Translations under genes and position numbers: made by a program
Assembly: GCA_019428945.1 (NCBI GenBank)
Contig: JAHYJM010000003.1
Span: forward strand, 4,792-68,791
Source: Bacillota bacterium
GTDB taxonomy: Bacteria > Bacillota > Dethiobacteria > DTU022
Length of the DNA stretch: 64,000 nucleotides
Direction of reading: 5' to 3'
Notes under the pieces: model-generated
The model's database searches: none
Told to the model about the DNA's origin: nothing
The model's input: only the letters and a program-made list of their open reading frames with translations
Part shown: positions 54,910 through 63,352 of the stretch, in pieces
Numbering within the stretch: position 1 is the stretch's first letter
Layout of the letters: each line of letters opens with the position of its first letter

Positions 54910-55057
54910 TATACTCTTTCTTAAAAGAGATTAGGGGACAGGAGTAATGTCTCATTTCTAACAAGTGAGACCTTACCACTTTCCCCGTTTCTTTATAAGC
55001 CGGAAAAAGTGAAAGTACATGGATTTTACGTTACAATATAAGTGGGGGTGTGATTCT

Positions 55058-55288
55058 ATGAAAAATGGTAAATGTCCCAAGTGCAAGTCGAGCGAAGTAT
55101 TTACAGGCGCCAATATAAAAATGAAAAAAGGCGTTTATGGTTCCAATACTATTCCCCTGGGTGGTATCTTAGGCAGTCAAATTGCTCTTGATAATTATGT
55201 TTGCACAAATTGCGGATATACCGAGAGTTATATTAATAATCCAGGGGATATTAAAAAAATCCGAAATAACTGGGATAGAGCCTGGTAA
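55058..55288 (+). CDS. small zinc-ribbon protein
   Basis: CPKC...CTNC pairs. ATG at 55058, 7 nt after GGGGGTG. The ORF-track start at 55019 is probably an over-extension. Confidence 0.45.
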   Translation: MKNGKCPKCKSSEVFTGANIKMKKGVYGSNTIPLGGILGSQIALDNYVCTNCGYTESYINNPGDIKKIRNNWDRAW

Positions 55289-55387
55289 GCATGGCTTTTA
55301 TGATGAGCAGATATTTAGCAGGTAAATTGTAAAAATAGCTTCAGGCGGAATAGATCTGACGATTTAATTTACACTGAGGTGAGAGAT

Positions 55388-56836
55388 ATGTTAACTGCCG
55401 ACCAATACCTTTATTCATTACGACAGTTGAATTTTAAATTATATCTTTTTGGAGAACAGGTTGAAAATGTAGTTGACCATCCAATAATCCGGCCATCGTT
55501 AAATGCTGTTGCAAAAACATATGAACTTGCTGAAGAGGCCCGCTACAAAGATTTAATGACAGCTGAATCAAGCCTGACTGGAAAGAGGATTAACCGTTTT
55601 ACCCATCTTCACCAGAGTACAGAAGATCTTATATTAAAAGTTAAAATGCAGCGCTTACTGGGGCAGAAAACTGCGGCATGTTTCCAGCGCTGTGTCGGCC
55701 TTGATGCCTGTAACGCTGTTGATAGTGTTACCTTTGAAATTGATAAAGAACTTGGGACAGAATATCACAAACGGTTCAGGGCATTTCTTAAGCGGGTTCA
55801 GGAAGAGGACCTCGTTGTTGACGGGGCTATGACAGATCCCAAGGGAGACCGTTCGCTGCGCCCATTTCAGCAGGCTGATCCTGATATGTACCTGCATGTA
55901 ATCGAGCGTTTAAAAGATGGCATAGTTGTCAGGGGGGCGAAGGCTCATCAAACCGGAGCGCTTTCCTCTCATGAAATACTGGTGATGCCTACTGTGGCTA
56001 TGGGTAATGATGATGCCGCTTATTCTGTCTGCTTTGCCCTGCCCAGTGATACGAAAGGGATCATCTATGTTTACGGTCGCCAGTCCTGTGACACCCGCAA
56101 GCTTGAAGAGGGAAGCATTGATGTGGGAAACTGCCGTTACGGAGGGCATGAATGCCTGGTTATATTTGAGGACGTTTTTGTCCCCTGGGAACGGGTATTC
56201 ATGTGTGGCGAACATCAATTTACAAGTACATTGGTAGAGCGCTTCGCCGGCTATCATCGTCAGAGTTATGGCGGTTGTAAAGTTGGTGTCGGAGATGTTC
56301 TGATCGGGGCTGCAGCACTGGCGGCTGATTATAATGGAGTAGCTAAAGCTTCTCATATTAAGGATAAAATAATTGAAATGCTTCACCTGAACGAAACTCT
56401 GTTTGCCTGCGGAATCGCCTGCTCCAGCCAGGGCTGTCCAACAGCATCAGGCACCTATCTGATAGATCTCCTGCTTGCCAATGTCTGTAAACAAAACGTT
56501 ACCCGGTTCCCCTATGAAATTTCCCGCCTTGCAGAAGATATTGCAGGCGGTTTGATGGTTACCCTGCCTTCGGAAAAAGATTTTCGACATCCTGAAATCG
56601 GCCCTTACCTGGAAAAGTATCTTAAAGGTAGTAGCAGCATACCGACCGAAGATCGCTTGAGAATTCTCCGCCTGATTGAAAACCTGACCCTCGGCGCTGC
56701 TGCAGTAGGTTACAGAACTGAATCAATGCATGGAGCCGGCTCGCCACAGGCACAACGAATCATGATTCAGCGACAGGGTAACCTTGATCACAAGAAGAAA
56801 CTGGCCCTGGTTATAGCCGGGATTGAGAAAGAATAA
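55388..56836 (+). CDS. abfD: 4-hydroxybutyryl-CoA dehydratase / vinylacetyl-CoA delta-isomerase (AbfD family)
   Basis: Near-colinear similarity to Clostridium aminobutyricum AbfD as I remember it: MLTADQY..., VDGAMTDPKGDRSL, RFAGYHRQSYGGCKVGVGDV, and Cys ligands in CGIACSSQGCPT. Confidence 0.8.
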   Translation: MLTADQYLYSLRQLNFKLYLFGEQVENVVDHPIIRPSLNAVAKTYELAEEARYKDLMTAESSLTGKRINRFTHLHQSTEDLILKVKMQRLLGQKTAACFQRCVGLDACNAVDSVTFEIDKELGTEYHKRFRAFLKRVQEEDLVVDGAMTDPKGDRSLRPFQQADPDMYLHVIERLKDGIVVRGAKAHQTGALSSHEILVMPTVAMGNDDAAYSVCFALPSDTKGIIYVYGRQSCDTRKLEEGSIDVGNCRYGGHECLVIFEDVFVPWERVFMCGEHQFTSTLVERFAGYHRQSYGGCKVGVGDVLIGAAALAADYNGVAKASHIKDKIIEMLHLNETLFACGIACSSQGCPTASGTYLIDLLLANVCKQNVTRFPYEISRLAEDIAGGLMVTLPSEKDFRHPEIGPYLEKYLKGSSSIPTEDRLRILRLIENLTLGAAAVGYRTESMHGAGSPQAQRIMIQRQGNLDHKKKLALVIAGIEKE

Positions 56837-56874
56837 CGAGTTTAGCATTAGGATATTCTGATTAATAGGGGAAC

Positions 56875-57597
56875 ATGAAAGATTACACAATAATTTGCGA
56901 TGATCAGAAAATAACTTTTTCCCTCACCAGGAAGAAAGTAAAAAATGTTAATCTGAGAGTAAAAGCAGATTCAACTGTTGTTGTTTCCGCTAACAAATCT
57001 GTACCTTATGATTTTGTTGAGGAACTGGTCAGGGATAAAGCGACGTGGATTATTAAGAATCTGGCGCGAGTAGATGAAAAGAAGCTATTAAATATGGAGA
57101 GCAAATATATTACCGGGGAAATAATCAGCTTCCTGGGAGACAATTATAAGCTGCGGGTTTTTCAGACAGATCGTAGAGAAAAAGTAGTATTAGATGGCAT
57201 GAATATCGCATTTTTTGTAAAATACAGCGAAGCCATTGAACGAAAGCAAGCTTTGCTCAGAGAATGGTACAATGATCAGGCAACGATAGAATTCAACAAA
57301 TCTCTTGAGAGAACTTATCCCCTGGTTGAAAGGTTTGGCATTGAGAAACCGACTATAAAAATACGAACCATGAAAACAAGGTGGGGCTCATGTTCCTGGA
57401 AGAGGGGCAAAATTACTATTAATACGGAGTTAATAAAAAAAGCACGTGAATGTATCGATTACGTATTGCTCCATGAACTGGCTCATTTCAAATTTCATAA
57501 GCACGATGCGGCTTTTTATGGTTTTCTGTCGGCCCTGATGCCCGAGTGGCAGGTTAGAAGGCAACTTCTAAAAAAAGAAACAGGAGCAAATGATTAA
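56875..57597 (+). CDS. DUF45/YgjP-family (M48-like) metal-dependent hydrolase
   Basis: 240 aa with a C-terminal HEXXH (LLHELAHF) in the typical DUF45 context. Confidence 0.7.
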   Translation: MKDYTIICDDQKITFSLTRKKVKNVNLRVKADSTVVVSANKSVPYDFVEELVRDKATWIIKNLARVDEKKLLNMESKYITGEIISFLGDNYKLRVFQTDRREKVVLDGMNIAFFVKYSEAIERKQALLREWYNDQATIEFNKSLERTYPLVERFGIEKPTIKIRTMKTRWGSCSWKRGKITINTELIKKARECIDYVLLHELAHFKFHKHDAAFYGFLSALMPEWQVRRQLLKKETGAND

Positions 57598-57917
57598 TTG
57601 GCAGGATATATCTGTTCGAAGAGATGTATTACAAAGACCCGAAAACTCACCCGTTAGGAAAATTGATTGTTGATATCTGCATAGGGGTGAAGCCGCTTAA
57701 GAAGAGCGATGTAATAAGGTAAGCGGGAAGAAAATTTATTCTTCCCGCTCACTGCCATTAAACCAATTACAGTTGTGTGTCATTATATTGTTGTTTGCCA
57801 CTAATGTTCCTTATTATTTCGTTAAAATTTAAATACTAAGAGGCAGCGTGTTCGTGCACTGCCCTAATTATTTACCATCAAATGAGGGATCTCTCTCTTT
57901 AATCTGGGTTGGATATT

Positions 57918-58055
57918 TTAGTTCTCTCTGCCGTTTTTCAGGAACTCAATTTCTTTCTTCAGACCAACAACCTCTTTCTTTAGAGCGCCTATCTGCGCCA
58001 GTGCTGCCAGGGCAAACACAAAGGCAATCGGCGCCAGTAAGCCGATAACTTCCAT
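57918..58055 (-). CDS. hypothetical 44-aa membrane protein with its own promoter
   Basis: Hand translation: MEVIGLLAPIAFVFALAALAQIGALKKEVVGLKKEIEFLKNGREN. AAGGAGGTG lies 8 nt upstream of the ATG. Minus-strand promoter TTGCGA, 17-nt spacer, TAGAAT at plus coordinates 58081-58109. Confidence 0.45.
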   Translation of the reverse strand: MEVIGLLAPIAFVFALAALAQIGALKKEVVGLKKEIEFLKNGREN

Positions 58056-58080
58056 ATGATCTACACCTCCTTATCAATCT

Positions 58081-58109
58081 ATTCTAAGCGCTATCATTCC
58101 AAATCGCAA
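58081..58109 (-). promoter_or_regulatory. sigma-A type promoter (TTGCGA, 17-nt spacer, TAGAAT) for the 44-aa ORF
   Basis: Reverse-complement reading of 58081-58109. Confidence 0.4.
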
Positions 58110-58448
58110 CCAAGGGAAGGGGATAATTCATTGCCGGGAACTTAAATGCAAGCCCGGTGATATATTGAAATATCAAGCTGAATCAGCATCGACCAATTCA
58201 AATATAAACGTATATACCGGGTAAAAGGGTTGCTGATAGTCAGGTTAAACGGAGATCGGATTTCGTATTACAGGGCGGATAAAGAGCAAGGGAGATGTAG
58301 ACGTTTGACAAATGCAGGTTTGTCAAAAAAGCTGAGTAAGCACTATACTGCTTACTCAGATTACTTCTATTTTGTATCTGCCAGGTTTTCTATTTTAAAT
58401 AAACCCTTCGCAGTTTCCATTTTCCCTGCCGGTAGTTGAGATAGAGGA

Positions 58449-58664
58449 TTACCGATTCGATCTCTGACCGATGATATCATTAAGAGCGCTCACAACCCAG
58501 AATAAAGCCGAAAATACTGTAAATCCGGCAATTGCTTCCGTGGAGATCATGCCGATCCAGAAAAGATCGACCAGGTCATTGACCATGTAAAAGGCCATCC
58601 CGATCATAGAGGGAAAAGCCAGGGAAAATAGAGTTCCGGTTATGCTGCCTTCAATAAGAGACAA
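58449..58664 (-). pseudogene. remnant of a MATE-family efflux transporter (N-terminal 71 aa only)
   Basis: Fragment resembles a MATE N-terminus (LAFPSMIGMAFYMVNDLVDLFWIG...TEAIAGFTV) and is followed by a stop. No continuation in any frame downstream. Confidence 0.5.
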
Positions 58665-58752
58665 TGGTTGTTTGCGCGTACATTATGCCCTCTGCAGGAA
58701 AGAACCACCTGCCGCTTGAAGATTACCGTCAAAGTCAATATACTAATTGATA

Positions 58753-59367
58753 CTATACTTTTTTATAATAAGATTCAAATCCATTGTTTATTATCATACT
58801 GCCGTTCGGCACCTGGATTGCCACCAGGAATGTATTCAACATATCCACAGAGGATGATAAAGCATTTAAGAAAATGAGGAAAACTATAAATCCATTTAAC
58901 ATGTTTGCCTGCCCCAGGATAAAAGGCAGGATAACAGACATGAGTAAAAATGGAGCAAGGGTGATTATAACAAATCGACCTTTGCTTATTCTTTCTGTCG
59001 TGAAGACAAATCCGCCCCATAACTTAATACCAAAATATGTTTTGTCAGATTTATAGAAATTAGGAACAAAGAGCAAATGGACAATTTCGTGAAGCACTAT
59101 TACGATATAAATGTAGATAATGTAATCTATCCTAATAGTTAACGTCCAGGAACCGGTAACAAATAGATCACGAATTACAGATGCAACCTCTTTGTCTGAT
59201 TGCGTAATAACCAGATAAGAGATTAAGGAATTAATAAACATAAAAGGCACAGAAAAGAAAAAGGCCACAATAATATTGGGAGCTTCCCTTATTCTAAACC
59301 ATCCATCAGCTATAAGCGAAGCGCTAAGGCCTTGATCTGTCTGGGGTATTTTTTTAGCAAACCGCAC
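58753..59367 (-). CDS. DUF3267-family putative zincin-like membrane metallopeptidase
   Basis: 204-aa polytopic membrane protein with HEXXH (LHEIVHLLF). Confidence 0.55.
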   Translation of the reverse strand: MRFAKKIPQTDQGLSASLIADGWFRIREAPNIIVAFFFSVPFMFINSLISYLVITQSDKEVASVIRDLFVTGSWTLTIRIDYIIYIYIVIVLHEIVHLLFVPNFYKSDKTYFGIKLWGGFVFTTERISKGRFVIITLAPFLLMSVILPFILGQANMLNGFIVFLIFLNALSSSVDMLNTFLVAIQVPNGSMIINNGFESYYKKV

Positions 59368-59717
59368 GTGTTTTCTCCATTCTTAAGAATATCATCATTA
59401 TACCTGATAGCTGAGTTCAGCAGCCCGTATCCTTCAATATTCTTGAAAGAACGAAAAGCTTTTCACTGATTAACTCATCATCTTTGCTTAAGGCCTGGTT
59501 GAACTGTTCTATATCTTCATCGATTCTGTCATCGTTTGTGCATACTTCAACTGTCATCGCATCATTCTGGTTAGTTTAAGCGAGGGTAAAGAAATGGGGC
59601 GCAGCAGTGTGCAATTAAAGTTAACTGAAGAACTGTTAATGAGCAGATCAGTCTGATACACCTATGATTTATGACTTATCCTGTATTCAAATTTATGCAG
59701 CTGTTATGGCCACGTTC

Positions 59718-60020
59718 TTACAACTTATCTTTAACTGATTTAACCTTCTGGGTGATTGATCCTACTTTGTCGCGACGATCGTCAATTTTGATGTGGGTAC
59801 TTACCCTGAGAGCACCTTTTTTAAAAAGAACTTCATGCAGACGCCTTATTACTGCCAGGATGCAATCCAGATCACCTTCAATTATGGTTCCCATCGCTGT
59901 AAGCTCATAATAAAGGTCTTTACTGTGATTCTGAAGCTCTTTTTCGCAGGCAGCAACATAGTAGCTTAAACTTGTGCTTCCTGTTCCCAACGGAACTATT
60001 GAAATTTCAACAACAGCCAT
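59718..60020 (-). CDS. MTH1187/YkoF-family (DUF77) protein
   Basis: 100 aa; MAVVEISIVPLGTG...MGTIIEGDLDCIL... is typical of the thiamine-binding/YkoF-like ferredoxin fold. Confidence 0.6.
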   Translation of the reverse strand: MAVVEISIVPLGTGSTSLSYYVAACEKELQNHSKDLYYELTAMGTIIEGDLDCILAVIRRLHEVLFKKGALRVSTHIKIDDRRDKVGSITQKVKSVKDKL

Positions 60021-60130
60021 TTCATCCCCCTCCTTTTGCTGGTTATTTCTTCATTTGAAGGGTTTAACCTGCAATAAAGCAACCATAATAATTAATGGAC
60101 ATTTTAATTTCACTATAAAGAATTTAGTAC

Positions 60131-60192
60131 TTGACTTTCAGCAGATCTGTTTGTAAAATATCAATTGAGCATCTATTCATATGTTCAATTGT
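60131..60192 (+). promoter_or_regulatory. promoter (TTGACT, 17-nt spacer, TAAAAT) with overlapping inverted-repeat operator upstream of the ArsR/CadC-like gene
   Basis: -35 at 60131-60136 and -10 at 60154-60159. Imperfect inverted repeat CAATTGAGCA-N10-TGTTCAATTG at 60163-60192, resembling 12-2-12 ArsR/SmtB operators. Confidence 0.5.
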
Positions 60193-60210
60193 ATGTGAGG
60201 TGATTGCGAG

Positions 60211-60576
60211 ATGCAGGGCAAATCAAATGAAAATCTTCGCTGTGATTGCAGTATCGTCCACCAGGATATTGTTGAAAGAGTTCAGGTAAAAATGCCGCCG
60301 GAAGAAATGCTTTACGACCTTGCCGAGCTGTTCAAGGTTTTTGGAGATTCTACCAGGATAAAAATCATCTGGGCTTTATTCGAAGAAGAGATGTGCGTAT
60401 GCGACATCGCTTATCTGCTGAATATGACTCAATCGGCAATATCGCATCAACTGAGGGTGCTCAAGCAGGCACGCCTCGTTAAGCCACGGCGCGATGGTAA
60501 GAATATTTATTATTCACTTGATGATCAGCATATAGAAGAAATATTTAACCAGGGATTAAACCACATTAATGAATGA
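60211..60576 (+). CDS. ArsR/SmtB-family metalloregulator (CadC-like)
   Basis: 121 aa. N-terminal Cys pair (CDC), helix-3 CVCD metal site, ELCVCDL-like DNA-recognition region. Confidence 0.8.
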   Translation: MQGKSNENLRCDCSIVHQDIVERVQVKMPPEEMLYDLAELFKVFGDSTRIKIIWALFEEEMCVCDIAYLLNMTQSAISHQLRVLKQARLVKPRRDGKNIYYSLDDQHIEEIFNQGLNHINE

Positions 60577-60602
60577 AAAGCATTCTGGAGGATGATCTGC
60601 AC

Positions 60603-62516
60603 ATGAGTAATTACAGTAATATAAGTTGTACTGGTAAAAGTAGCTGTGGATGCGATCTACCGGTAAACACCGTAAATATACGAAATCCATTACAGATAAT
60701 TTTATATCTGGCCGGGGTTTTACTTTTTATCGTTGGAATCGTATTTTCACCTGGAGGATATCTTGAATTCAGCCTTTTTGCACTTTCATATATTATATTT
60801 GGCGGAGGGGTACTGCTCAGAGCTTTCCGTAACTTAGCAAGAGGCAGGATATTTGACGAAAACTTTTTGATGGCTATTGCCACGGTGGGTGCATTTGCTA
60901 TTGGTGAGTACCCCGAGGGAGTGGCAGTTATGGTTTTTTATCAAATTGGCGAGCTGCTGCAGGATAGCGCTTTAGGGCGTTCAAGAAGATCAATCGAACA
61001 ACTGATGGATATCCGTCCTGATTATGCCAACCTCAAAGAAGGTGAGCAAACTCGAAAAGTTTCTCCCGAACAGGTAGCAGTCGGTTCATCTATTATCATA
61101 CGCCCTGGTGAGAAAGTTCCTCTGGATGGCGTTATAGTTGAAGGCAGCTCTGCACTCGATATATCAGCGCTAACAGGAGAATCGCTTCCGCGTGAGGTTG
61201 AAACCGGTGACGAGGTGCTCTCCGGTTCAGTTAATAAAACAGGATTGCTTGGTGTCAGGGTCACCAGGGAATACATGGACTCCACGGTGAGCCGGATATT
61301 ATCGCTTGTAGAAAATGCATCCTCCCGTAAAGCCCGTACAGAGCAGTTTATTACCCGTTTTGCGGCTTACTATACTCCAATTGTAGTCATAGCGGCATTG
61401 TTACTAGCTTTCATACCACCACTTTTTATACCCGGTCAGGAACTCCAGGTTTGGACATATAGAGCGCTGGTCTTCCTTGTGATATCCTGCCCCTGTGCGC
61501 TGGTCATATCAATTCCTTTAGGATTTTTTGGTGGAATTGGAGGAGCTTCCAGAAAAGGTATCCTGGTAAAGGGCGGCAATTACCTGGAAGCATTAAGTCA
61601 TGTAGAAACTGTTATTTTTGATAAAACGGGAACTCTTACCCATGGAAAATTTTCAGTTAATTTAATCGAGCCATCAGATGGTTACAGCAGAAATGAGCTT
61701 CTACAGCTTGGCGCTGCGGCTGCTTATCACTCCAACCATCCTGTTTCAGTATCAGTTTTGCAAGCATACAACGAACAGATAGATGAAAAAAAATTAAAAA
61801 ATTATGAGGAGATACCCGGTCGGGGAGTAAGTGTAAGCTATGAAGGCAAAAAGATTCTGATGGGCAATGGGAAGATGTTATCTGAAAATGGAGTGGAAGC
61901 ATTAAATGATAATGATAATAAAACCCGTGTTCATATTGCTCTTGAAGGTCGCTACGCCGGTAGTATAGTAGTTGCCGATCAAATCAGGGAAGATGCAAAA
62001 TCAGCGATCAGGCAGTTGCGGGATTTGGGAGTAAAGACGATAGTATTATTAAGTGGAGATAAAAAAAATGTGGCTGAAGAAGTTGGTCGTAGGCTTAAAC
62101 TTGATCAGGTTTATGCCGAGCTGTTACCGGATCAAAAAGTCGAAATAATTGAACAGCTGGAAAGGCAGAACACCACAGGCAAAAAATTAGTATTTGTTGG
62201 TGATGGCATAAATGATGCTCCTTCACTTGCCAGGGCAGAAGTCGGGGTTGCCATGGGTGGGGTGGCATCTGATGCAGCTATAGAAGCAGCCGATGTGGTA
62301 TTAATGACCGGCCAGCCCTCTAAGCTTGCCGAAGCTATTAGAGTCGCCATGAAGACTCGTACTATAGTTATTCAGAATATAGTTCTTGCTCTTGGTGTCA
62401 AAGGGATAGTGATGAGTTTGGGTCTATTCGGCCTGGCTTCAATGTGGGGGGCTGTTTTCGCCGACGTCGGGGTAGCGCTTTTGGCGGTACTTAATGCAAT
62501 GAGGGCAATGAAGTAA
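60603..62516 (+). CDS. heavy-metal translocating P1B-type ATPase (Cd/Zn-type CPC motif), no HMA domain
   Basis: CPC (SCPCALVIS), DKTGTLT, HP (SNHPVS) and GDGINDAP motifs. N-terminus has CTGKSSCGCD but no GMTCxxC HMA domain. Start chosen at the ATG at 60603, 9 nt after GGAGGATGA; the ORF track starts at 60573, overlapping the arsR-like stop as ATGA. Confidence 0.8.
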   Translation: MSNYSNISCTGKSSCGCDLPVNTVNIRNPLQIILYLAGVLLFIVGIVFSPGGYLEFSLFALSYIIFGGGVLLRAFRNLARGRIFDENFLMAIATVGAFAIGEYPEGVAVMVFYQIGELLQDSALGRSRRSIEQLMDIRPDYANLKEGEQTRKVSPEQVAVGSSIIIRPGEKVPLDGVIVEGSSALDISALTGESLPREVETGDEVLSGSVNKTGLLGVRVTREYMDSTVSRILSLVENASSRKARTEQFITRFAAYYTPIVVIAALLLAFIPPLFIPGQELQVWTYRALVFLVISCPCALVISIPLGFFGGIGGASRKGILVKGGNYLEALSHVETVIFDKTGTLTHGKFSVNLIEPSDGYSRNELLQLGAAAAYHSNHPVSVSVLQAYNEQIDEKKLKNYEEIPGRGVSVSYEGKKILMGNGKMLSENGVEALNDNDNKTRVHIALEGRYAGSIVVADQIREDAKSAIRQLRDLGVKTIVLLSGDKKNVAEEVGRRLKLDQVYAELLPDQKVEIIEQLERQNTTGKKLVFVGDGINDAPSLARAEVGVAMGGVASDAAIEAADVVLMTGQPSKLAEAIRVAMKTRTIVIQNIVLALGVKGIVMSLGLFGLASMWGAVFADVGVALLAVLNAMRAMK

Positions 62517-62534
62517 TATTATAACCATCCTGCA

Positions 62535-62981
62535 TTGACCTCTGCGCCGGGTCAGATGGCGGAAGAGGTAGCAGTGGGCGTTAAGTCAGTAGGTGCAGAA
62601 GCTGTCCTATGTAATTTAGATGACTTTTCGCTGGATCAGTTGCCGGATTACGATGGGATTATAGTTGGTTCACCAACTTATTACGGTTTGGTTTCCGGGC
62701 CGATAAAGGTGCTGTTTGATCGAAGTATTGTTCACCACGGTAAATTGGAAGGAAAAGTGGGAGGCGCATTTTCAAGCGCCGGTGTAATAGGTGGGGGTAG
62801 CGAAACAGCCGTTTTGAGTATCATTCAAATGATGTTGGTCCATGGTATGATAGTGCAGGGGCAGTCCAAAGGACACCACTATGGAGTTGTATCGATTGGT
62901 GCGCCTGATGAGAAAGTAATCGAGCAATGCCGACAGCTTGGTAAAAGAACGGGCGCTCTCACTCTAAAGCTATTTGGATAA
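62535..62981 (+). pseudogene. flavodoxin-like protein lacking the N-terminal FMN phosphate-binding loop
   Basis: Matches flavodoxin/FMN-reductase from about residue 18 onward (MAEEVAVG...GSPTYYG...). The T/SxxGNT loop is absent. The frame is closed 6 codons upstream by TAA at 62514-62516, right at the ATPase stop; only a TTG start is possible. Confidence 0.4.
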
Positions 62982-63029
62982 TGACCACAATATAATTATT
63001 TACGAATAATAGCGGAGCTTGCATCTGTC

Positions 63030-63293
63030 TTGGGAGGAATCACGATGGGTGTTTTAATACTTGCTGTTGTATTGGTTAGTTTTGTGCTGTATTACTTTTG
63101 GAGGAAAAACCGCTGGGGTTTTGGAAGAAAATATGTTTTAAGGCAGGAGGCAATCAGTTTGCTGAATATGACTCCTGAAGCAGCAGATGAAACGATTGAG
63201 AGATTAATGAAAAGTCTACGGGAACGTCATCCGAACCGTTCAGAAGAATGGTACCTGGAAAAATTAATTTATGATTTGGAACGGGATCGCTAG
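63030..63293 (+). CDS. hypothetical small membrane-anchored protein
   Basis: 87 aa with an N-terminal TM helix then a charged helical region. No recognisable family. Confidence 0.4.
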   Translation: MGGITMGVLILAVVLVSFVLYYFWRKNRWGFGRKYVLRQEAISLLNMTPEAADETIERLMKSLRERHPNRSEEWYLEKLIYDLERDR

Positions 63294-63352
63294 GCTGCAG
63301 GTTGTTCAATTACTGATTATAGAATAATAAGAAGCCTGTGAGGTACAGCTCA

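Noticed and set aside
58230-58439. 69-aa plus-strand ORF in the decayed island
   Set aside because: No RBS or promoter, unremarkable composition, and it overlaps the palindrome/hairpin elements. More likely non-coding.
59417-59557. 46-aa acidic minus-strand ORF (MTVEVCTNDDRIDEDIEQF...) between the DUF3267 and DUF77 genes
   Set aside because: No convincing Shine-Dalgarno sequence upstream. Kept only as a note.
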